Program-made: the position numbers and the translations under genes
Assembly: GCA_910592345.1 (NCBI GenBank)
Contig: CAJVPI010000088.1
Coordinates: 1-57,166, forward strand
DNA: 57,166 bases
Direction of reading: 5' to 3'
Source of the DNA: Paraglomus brasilianum
Lineage: Eukaryota
Shown: one piece after another, positions 1 to 9,344 of the stretch
How the letters are laid out: each line of letters begins with the position of its first letter
Position numbering within the stretch: the first letter of the stretch is position 1
Notes under the pieces: generated by a model
What the model saw: the letters and a program-made list of their open reading frames with translations, nothing else
The model's database searches: none
What the model was told of the DNA's origin: nothing

Positions 1-1
1 C

Positions 2-1110
2 TTGTGGGTGAAGAGTGTTTATGAGCGTGGATCACAATTCTTCTTTACAGTAAAAGTAAAGTTGGGAACCATGTCACCTGAGCTAGTTGAACAGAAGATG
101 AGTCCATGGCATGGGCGACACATTTTGTTTATCGATACTTTGCATGACACGACCGGAGTAGCCAAGTCTCTCGAAGAATTGAAATTACGACCAAAGTTGG
201 CTAGTTCCGTTGAGGAAGCAGCTATTATAGCAAGTTCCCGCAATAGTGATTCACCACTGTTTGATACAGTTATCGTGGATGATTTGGCTATTGTTGAGCC
301 TCTTCGTGAGATTTCACATCTTCGATACATTCCTGTCGTATTATTGGCACCTCAGATACCCAATCTCAACATGAAAAACTGCATAGATCTTGGAATAACA
401 TCATACAGCAATACACCCGCAACTTTGCCTGATTTAATGAATGCTCTTCTCCCTGCACTTGAATCACATGCAACAGTGCCCAGCGACTTTACGAGACATC
501 AACCTATAGATATTCTATTGGCTGAAGATAACATTGTTAATCAAAAACTGGCTGTTAAAATATTAGAAAAGTTTGGCCATCGGGTAGAGATCGTACCAAA
601 CGGTAAATTAGCCGTGGAAGCATTCAAATCCAAACGATATGACTTGGTAAGTAAAGGATGAATGGGAGAGAGTGGTTGTGAATTAATCAGTCAGTTTTCG
701 TATACCCGCATATCTAACGTATCACCTTGCGATCGATTAGATTCTTATGGATGTTCAAATGCCAATAATGGGAGGATTTGAAGCAACACAAAACATCCGA
801 GAATGGGAAAAAGGACATGGCAGACGCATTCCTATAATTGCCTTGACGGCACACGCAATTATATGGGATAGAGATAAATGTCTATTGGCTGGCGTGGACG
901 AATATGTGACGAAACCATTAAGTATGTATCTGTTTGATACTGTATTATATAACGCGAGCAAGCTTCACATTTATCGGAAACTAACCACTGTAATCTAATT
1001 TGATTTTAGGAATGAACGATCTTATAGCCACGATAAATAAATTTCCTGTAAGAAATCCAATAGTAGAGGATTTGGCAATATCAGATGAGCGAAACGCCTG
1101 CCAAGTGTAA
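2..1110 (+). CDS. NIK1: 3' part of group III hybrid histidine kinase (Nik1/Os-1-like); exons <2-646, 741-921, 1010-1110
   Basis: End of HATPase ([15 protein letters not shown]), then pseudo-receiver [11 protein letters not shown]...DLGITSY typical of Os-1/Nik1. Receiver motifs [43 protein letters not shown] introns 647-740 and 922-1009 restore frame; stop TAA ends at 1110. Confidence 0.88.
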
Positions 1111-1416
1111 TAAATGTAGATTATAAGTAGTTAGTTTATAACATGTAAATGGACTGTCATTGGAAAGAATTCTGTTGTATTTTGAGGGAAGGTTGTTTTT
1201 AGACAATTTTATATTTATTTTGCATTAAGTATAATAATTAATGCGACGTGATTTGGAGTTATTTGATTTAACATTCGTAATATTTGACAATCGTTTTACT
1301 TTTTCTCTTGTAACATTCATTAAATAAAATAGTTCTAAATAACGTTACGCTAAAACAGTGTATACCACTATTCTATGCTTTCATTGCCCATGGCCGATTC
1401 ATATCATTATACATAC

Positions 1417-1662
1417 CGGGATCATCCATGTGCCCAAATATCCAGTTCAAAGCCGTTTCGGCATCTCTGTTGTCGGTAGCAATCAATGCCTTCTTGCAGC
1501 GTATTTCTGGGAATCCCATTAACAACAATTCATTCAACACTGCTCCATTTACTTGTGGCTCGGATGCTTGTTCTTCCGGTAGAAGCTTTTCCCCTTCCTG
1601 CAAACCACGCCCAATGTACTTGTCAAAGTTAATAGGACCGCTTGGAGGAATCACAGGGACGC
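1417..1662 (-). pseudogene. UBP14: Isolated internal exon of a Ubp14/USP5 (isopeptidase T) deubiquitinase, encoding the first UBA domain
   Basis: Translation VPVIPPSGPINFDKYIGRGLQEGEKLLPEE...LLLMGFPEIRCKKALIATDNRDAETALNWIFGHMDDP matches the USP5/Ubp14 UBA1 region (MGF loop, NW..HMDDP). Flanked by acceptor TGCACAG and donor GTATGT; no other Ubp14 exons are visible on either side. Confidence 0.8.
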
Positions 1663-1715
1663 CTGTGCAAAGATTGATAAGTGATACGTTAAATGACAAA
1701 TCGAGCTATGACTGA

Positions 1716-1919
1716 TGCTCTTGTTATTTGTGTGGTAAAGAATTACGAGGAGCGGGGAAGACGGGGAAGATTAAAAATCGGAATAATCCTAGTTTTTGGG
1801 GAATAAACACTGAGTATAGAATACTCTGTTTAGGGTGTGTGGGGAGAAAGTATTATCCAAGCATGAGTAAAGGGAAGCAGAAGACTTTTAATAAGTATGT
1901 GAAGAGGGGTTATGTTTAA
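1716..1919 (+). pseudogene. C-terminal fragment of a bacterial-like CxxC...CxxC protein resembling Mycoplasma-related endobacterial (MRE) hypothetical proteins
   Basis: Intronless, purine-rich frame CSCYLCGKELRGAGKTGKIKNRNNPSFWGINTEYRILCLGCVGRKYY...KYVKRGYV*, with no start codon. The KNRNxPxFWG...LCxxC...YxKRGY pattern is recalled from MRE proteins and was not verified by search. Confidence 0.5.
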
Positions 1920-1968
1920 TAATTCAATTATAGTGTCGTGCGTGTCCTGACATAAAAAATATAGTATT

Positions 1969-2103
1969 ATGGTAGGTCGTAATATGAATGTTTACTTTCG
2001 AGAAGAAACATATAGCAAGATAAAAAACTTGGTTTCAAAAAGGGAAGTTAGTCGTTTTATTAATAAAGGACAAGTCTGTATGTCGCGCAGTGATTTGGAA
2101 TAA
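1969..2103 (+). pseudogene. Truncated ribbon-helix-helix (antitoxin/CopG-like) ORF, bacterial/MRE-like
   Basis: MVGRNMNVYFREETYSKIKNLVSKREVSRFIN fits the RHH beta-strand, helix, S-R-F-I helix pattern. It lies 49 bp after the previous ORF on the same strand, with a TAGTAT -10-like box just before the ATG. The pattern fades after ~2069. Confidence 0.5.
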
Positions 2104-2439
2104 ACAGCTGACAAGGCTTAAACCCTAAATACCAATTGTTGCTAACATATTTAGTCACTCAAAGCGATTTTTTCAACACTGATATATCGGGCGATGTTTG
2201 TATTTGCACCCCGCACTAATAAAAAGACTATCGCTAACGTATTCAGTAATTACTTACCAAGCCTTATCAATTTTAACTGAACTGGAAATGACGCTACTAT
2301 GATATATAATTAAAGTAACGAATGAATATGTGTGCGTGGTATTTGCGGGGAAAGCGGAATTACATCCCACGGTTTTATAAATATGCTATCTGCACGATTT
2401 CAAACTTGTTACTACATTGCTCAGCTTTACGTACTTTAT

Positions 2440-2845
2440 TATTATCAGTGGTCTTTCAACGAGTTTTCGTCGCACGCACAGAATTTGATGCCGTCGTCGA
2501 TCAATATATCCAAAAACATCACGAGCCAAAAAGAGCTAAGCTTTTCATCACTCAGACATGTACGACGAAGCCATTCAAATACTCCGTAGTCCTATCGGAC
2601 AAAAAGACCAGACATTAGGTAAATTACTGCGAGGAAATTTATTTCATAGGCTTGTTGCAAGAGACGTTTAACGGTATAATTAATTCAATAAATTAGCTCA
2701 AAAATAACTTTCAAATTCAAGAGACGGCTAATAGAAGCAATGAATACACTCTTTTGAAAAAGCAAAAGAGAGGCGATTCAGGCCTGCTTGTGGTAAAGAA
2801 AAGGTGCTCACAAAAATTCATAACGATCTTGCACATCTGGGATGC
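2440..2845 (+). mobile_element. Frameshifted relic of a Ginger/GIN-like DDE integrase N-terminus (HHCC zinc-binding region)
   Basis: EFDAVVDQYIQKHHEPKRAKLFITQ, then a frameshift to MYDEAIQILRSP, a GTAAAT intron, and KVLTKIHNDLAHLG (H-x4-H-x-G, first half of the integrase HHCC motif). Truncated afterwards. Confidence 0.5.
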
Positions 2846-4878
2846 GTGCGTTTTGGGTTGGGTTGAGGCTTCTAACGGCTACGGGTATTCCTCAGGTGAT
2901 TACTGAACTTTACATCAATCTCTGTTCAACTCATAAACGAAAAATTAAGCAATCGCCTTCTAGAGGATTTCCTTAACAGGAACCGATTTTAACAATTAAA
3001 CAAATTTTTCTTTTATTATAATTTCCAGCTAACTTTACATAAAAAGTAACTAAGAATTGTGTTATGCTACTTTGTTTTATCAAATTTACTCTTTACGCAC
3101 GCGAATGAACTTCTCCAAACTTTTAAATAGCTGCTGGCACCCTCTTGTTGAATTAGGAAATGTCTTTAAACTTTTTAATGCACATTAGCACTCACTATTG
3201 GGTTTTTATTACTAGCAAAGAATCTTTTCTTTGCACAGCTAGATCTATAACAATGATCAATTGAAATCCAATCTATTGTAAACAGGATCAAACTCAAACA
3301 CTGAAAAGAAAAATAGCAATGCTTTACAAAGAATTCTTTCTTCCCACGTAAAACCGTATCTATAACAATAATGTTGTGCGCGCGAATTGTGATGTTTGAA
3401 ATTTGATATTGCATTATTCACTAAGTCCTATGTGTATGCTTGGTGTTAGCGGTTTTCTTCGCGAGGCGGCTGCGCTTCCTCACCGTGCCCTGTAGTGTCA
3501 ATGCTTAGTGATGAGGCCCCGACTTAGCCAACTTTTTTTTATATATCTATTTTTGCCTTCCTTCAGACGCCTTGACTTGTACCTTTCCCCGTTTTTGATC
3601 GCTTCCAATCCATGTGTAACATCAACATTTCGCAGAAATCTTGAAAATCGGGAACAAAAAGATAAGCGTCAAAATCTCACTCATCCTCACTAAAACTTTT
3701 ATACGGACATAAATTCTGTTGGAAAGGATCATCTTCGCATATCGTTCCCATTCATCTTGATTGTAGTTGCTTGAATCATTGCATTCCCAAGGGAATTTAG
3801 TGACTGAAAAAGAAACCAAATCTTTGGAATCAGAAACAATATCACGAATTAAATAAATCTATAAAAGAAGAATTCAGAAAACGTTTGTCCATTAGTGTTA
3901 AGATATGTGTCTACTTTCCACTCTATAAACATATCCTGATCTCTAGCTTTTACAATGTAATAGACCCGTCACCGAATAAAACTTTTTGCAGCAGGTAGTG
4001 GCAAAGAGAATGGCGAAACACAAATTATTTGTAATAATACCAATAGGCATGGGGTCTTTCATAGCGAACGATGTCGGCATATGATACAGTGATAATATCA
4101 CAGATGTAAAACTAATTTGGATTTGCAAATATTATTTTGTGCCATTGTAAATCATAGCATCATCATCCAATATACTTGGTCCGCTCAAACTAAAAGACTT
4201 AAAAGCTAAACTTAAATAGAAAAGAGATCATCTAACTCTTTCCAAGTCGACTGATATCGACATGTTAGATTATCATTTTATTCTCGACTAAATGATTAGC
4301 CGAATTTGAGCTTGGATATAGAAATGCCAATTATGTATCCAAGATAAATTATCTTTTTTATAATGCTATGCTAATTCATTTTTGTAAAATTGAGATTCTG
4401 GGCCCTGCTCATTCTGCCTCAGATTTAAACACGTATAGTACAAGCCGAGAATACATGTTTTATTTCATTATCATATGCTAAAAATTCGGCAAAAGAAAAA
4501 GTCCAGAGTTTTTGTCTCTATGAATAGTACCCTTTATTACATAATTTGGTGACAATGCAAATGGAATGTCACTTTTGAATGTGTTGGATCAATATGCGAG
4601 GGAATGCGTTCGAATATTTCCCTGAGACCTGGCTTTTCCTTTGACTACCTCTACTCTTGCTAAACATATAAACGACAATTAGGAACCTTAAATTGGGTTT
4701 TGGATATTCACGATACTTGATTGGTCCTGTATAAATAATTACTGTATTTAATGAGTTTGTACGTCTATTTCTTTCGATTTAAAAGCCTACAAGTCGGGAA
4801 ATTTTTCTAAACTAAACGCGTTTATAAAACTAAGTAATAATCCTAATGTCAAAGGTTCCAAAACGAAATATATATTTT

Positions 4879-5388
4879 TTGTCGGCATCTCAAATGACAA
4901 CCCGAATGTAAAATTGTCGTCTCGTGAACGAGATGCCCATCGGCCAATCTTCCGGCTAGCCAGCAAAATAATTGCATGACGACGCAAATGTGGGCTTTGC
5001 CTGCCCGTTTCCCAGCTAAAAGTTTTTTAGCCAAGTTGTCACTTTTGATGAAGACGCAAATATGAAGGCGTCATTATTCATTTCCGGCCGAAATAATTAT
5101 ATCAATTGGAAAAAATTATGTAAACGCTATGAATGCGTAAAATTTTCTTTCGCAATACCTCATGCTTCAATATCAACCCGACTTTTGTTCTAAACAATTT
5201 CTTGAATGACACAACTTGTCGTACTTGAATGATGACGAAATTGCAGACTCACCAACACTAGGGAAACGTAATTTTGCTGTCAATTAAAGGCATAACCTAC
5301 TTGGGTGGAATAAATGACAATACAAACACAAACTTGGCGTCAACAATAACGACGTAAACGTGATATTGTCGTCACTCGCTTTGACAAC
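4879..5388. repeat. Dispersed array of imperfect ~22-25 bp palindromes (TTGTCGTC...ATGAC[A/G]AC), possible subterminal repeats of a non-autonomous DNA transposon
   Basis: Copies include ttgtcggcatctcaaatgacaa (4879), ttgtcacttttgatgaagacg (~5036), ttgtcgtacttgaatgatgacg (~5216), ttggcgtcaacaataacgacg (~5334) and ttgtcgtcactcgctttgacaa (5366). Confidence 0.45.
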
Positions 5389-8211
5389 CAATTAGCGTTA
5401 GAGACCAAATGAAACATAAATCCAACTGAGTGAAAATAACGTATATTATGTTATTATATTATATCCATTTCTCGCTTTGTATGCATATTATTCTTCACAG
5501 ATACATATATTTACAATAAATTTTACTCCATTCAATTTACATCAAACAAGCTAGATATTTTTACTTGATGAACAAACAATAATATAATGACTATCCTTTA
5601 GAGTGACTGATTTCGACCATGTAACTGTAGCTGCACCATAATGATTCCCAACATAAATTCATAAATTAAATAGTACAGCAAACTTTAAATAACTGTTTAC
5701 CACGGTATTAAAGAAATGCTTGACAAACAGATTAAAACAGAATAAAAATTATAACTTACAAACTTGGAATTATTTATTCCAGAATACTTAGACTCCGAGG
5801 AAATTACCAAAAAAATCAAAAAAGTAAATCCGAAGAATATATTAATTAATTAATTCAAATTACTATTTCAAAGACAACTATATTATTAATCAGCTCCTTT
5901 GACACGTTTAATAAATTATCACATCTAATATTAAGCCAACATTTTTGTTAAAACTTTTGTTGGTTCGAGGAAAAACTAACGTTTTTTATTGTATACCAAA
6001 AACTAATGCTTGTTGTTTGATTCACATTGTATAGAACATAGTGATAGTGATATTAATAAATTGTTAATTGTCCTTTTCTACTACGTATATAATAATAAAG
6101 ATAAAATAGTTGTAATCTTTCAATGTTTGCATTTATTATTTCACTTGTATCCACATATACTGTATTAGTATACACACCTCATTCTGATACTAGCATTTCA
6201 GTTACCCCAGCAAGTCCACGAGTTAAACGACAAATTAAATTATCAATCTTTTTCTCACAAAGTTAATCACTTATTATTATTCGCGTTATCAAATTGTATC
6301 TTTCATTTATGTTTTGTTGCGCAGATAATTAATTTTGGACAGTGGATTATTGTAAAGGCCTTCGAAATAGTGTTAGTAATCTCAAATCAGTAAACGGTTT
6401 ATTGTTTATTGAGCAAGATAATAAACATATTTCTGTGACAATATCTGTGTAAAAATATACTGTATTTAGTATAATTGCTAAGTAATGATATAAGAGCATA
6501 AATATATTATGCCATAACATTAATAATCGTATCATATCACAAATTGTTACAGTTATAAACCTAATTTACAAGTTTATCATGAATTTTCAATATTTAGTAA
6601 TATTAGAAAACAAAGTTTTCTTGGTAAGCTCCCATACTTTTAACAGGTAATCTAAATGTTGGTTTGGTGTATGGAGTACACATTTTTGCTGTAGAATAAT
6701 GGAAGCTGGTCTTAAGTAATTCAAACACATAGACAATACTGTGTCATAATAAGATATAAATCTTTCACCTTCAAAGTCTACCCATACAATTTTTTTATCT
6801 TTCAACAACAGCACTTTTATTATTATGCATACAATAATTACAGTAATAACTTTATTGCTTACTACGTACAATCTAAAAAATGTGGTAGTTATAAGATTTA
6901 AAATATAGCCAACATTAATTATAAGATTATACTGGTCATATTTTATCAATTGGAAAAAAAAATGACTAACAAACAGTTTTAACACCCATTTGTTAACAAA
7001 AGCAATTAAGCAAGATATATGACGCTTTAGCAGTAATTTATGTCCGTGAAAGCAAAGCTAATGTAATTTTAAAAAGCCTAGATATTATATTAAAAAAGGC
7101 GTTAGCCTTTTTATTTAAAATAGTCAAGATTAAGATTAAATTGGGCACCATAAAGTATTGAGTGTTTCCATTTGATATATTGACGTGGCCTCATAGTGGA
7201 GTCGTGCTCAGGGCTAAATTGAGAACAACTGCGTTTCCAGGCTACTGATAAAGTATTTGTAGTAAATGCTAATACTATTTATAGAAGCTACTACAGAAAC
7301 ATAAAATATATTTCAAGTCTGGAATAAAGGAGAACCAAACTTGAGTTATATTGTCAAAGAAAAACTGGGGGCTAATTTTTACACTACTAGACAAAGACGA
7401 TAATAATAACGCATGGTCATTGGTCACAACGATAATTTTCTCCATGTTGTATTTCTCTCTCTCTCGACATAAACTAGTCTGTCAAGGAGTATGAATAAAC
7501 TTTCCATCTTAATTTGATAACGATATGATTTGAGGCTCAAATCAAGAAAAATTGATGTATAATGCAAGGCAGTTTTGCTCGAAAGCATTTTACACCTTAT
7601 AAAGTTCACGCACACGTCATTACGAGCATCACAAAGTTTTGTGCATTACTATAATACGTGCAACAATCAAAGATTGCCAGTGTATCAGGCAGGTTTGGTA
7701 GCAAATAAGAATTAAAGTCACTTGAAATGTCACGCAGTTTTATTTATAATGTCATCTTGCTATATATCCATATTATAGTTGTGTACATTGAGTAGGAGTT
7801 ATTTGTTTAAGGTTATATTTATATTTATACGAATACGTACTATAATTCCTAACTTTCCTGCTTTGAGCAAACATATTAATATTTGCGACTTGCCTGAAAA
7901 ATACTACGAATAATATAACAAAACAGTTTAAATAGCGTTGTGTTAATCGTGTATATCGCGAGTGTGTTAATGTATGACACTGTTAATTCCAGTCAGCGTA
8001 CCGCAGATTTTCTTTCGCACGATTGTTTATTTCCAGAAACAGCAATCAGCATAATTTCGGAGTGGTAAGTAATACAAGCCTAGCATACTAATATGGTATC
8101 AGGAATACACAGTGCGTTTGAAAAAAAATAATGTTTAGTATTGTACATTGTGGCTATGCTAACAGTGACTTGACACAACTTTCCAAAATAATTACAGGGC
8201 GTAAAAATGGT

Positions 8212-8212
<1 letters not shown>

Positions 8213-8245
<33 letters not shown>
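8213..8245 (+). repeat. Poly(A) tract, 33 nt
   Basis: Uninterrupted A run seen directly. Confidence 0.95.
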
Positions 8246-8247
<2 letters not shown>

Positions 8248-9344
8248 AAAAAAACTTGCTCTCAATATTATCCTGTGACTACAACAATAATCACTCTTTG
8301 TCCATCTGTTTATGGTTTGTGTGTGTAACACTCAGCCCCCAAGCGAAGCTTGTTCCCAGGACTGCATTCTCGATAATTTGGGGAGACGAGTCCTGATTAT
8401 TCACCAAACTCTAGAATGTCGCTCAAACACATTCCACCCTCAATTGTCTGCTGACTTTTTTACACAATACAAACTCTTTTCTTTGTACTTGAAAATTTGG
8501 ACAAAGACCAGTTGTTTACTTTTCTTGGGAACGTCATATAAATGGCGCCATTGTGTTTATTGTTTATGTTCCCAACGCCCCCAGCTCATCAAGCATATTT
8601 CGGCGAAAGGCCGATTTCTGGCTCGACGTCGCTTTGGAATGCTCTTATCGCAAAATCTATTCGATGTTTGACCGCGGAATACTAACATAACAATGTCTAA
8701 TCAAAGCGAAAATGTAACAACACGTGCAAAACCCTATGTAGATCGCACCTTTCCTAGAACAGGGCCCACATCTGTATATTGCGCACATTCCCACTAGACC
8801 GTTAAAAAGGAAACGGCTGCATTCGCCACTAACCATATACAGTATTATTAAGCAAAATGTAAGGGACATGTGATCAACTTTAAGAGGGTTTTCAGTCAGC
8901 AATTCGTGGCGTGGGAAGTTACAATACCCAGTTTGTGTACCGAATGATAAGAGCGTTGTGGTGGACATTTAGATTAGTATCAGTGCTATTAATCCTTATC
9001 TATTAGCGTTAGTGTCACTATTACACCATTACAATATACAAGTCTTTCTTCTTTGGAATTTCTTGGCGCAAAGGTCATGCGCAACGGCTGTCCCCGAATT
9101 GTTTCCTCTCAATAAAGTCCCCGGATCTGTGTAGTATCGTGGGACACAACCTACGTGGGAATTTTTAGCCATCGGAGCATTGAACCCACCCTCCGAATGT
9201 CCGAATTTGACGCGCGCACAAAGCTCTGTTCGCTGGCCTCAATTTTGACAGTAGGCCTTTTGTAATTCTAATATCGGCCTTTCTTTTTTTCTTTCTCTTT
9301 CTAAGAAAAAAATAAACAAATAAAATTGTCTGAACGGAAAAGAA

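Noticed and set aside
3622..4200. Minus-strand exon-like fragments with splice signals
   Set aside because: Interrupted by stops and no family recognisable; cannot support a call.
4879..5388. CRISPR-like array
   Set aside because: Repeats are highly degenerate and irregularly spaced, the context is eukaryotic, and no cas genes are present.
8080..8331. ORFs with poly-Lys or poly-Phe, and a possible retro-element tail
   Set aside because: Produced by the 33-nt A tract; no target-site duplication or reverse-transcriptase remnant is recognisable.
8330..8968. Possible decayed divergent partner gene upstream of gene A (mirror of RING-Ubl-TerD)
   Set aside because: Cys-containing minus-strand frames show no RING spacing, Ubl or TerD motifs that I can align.
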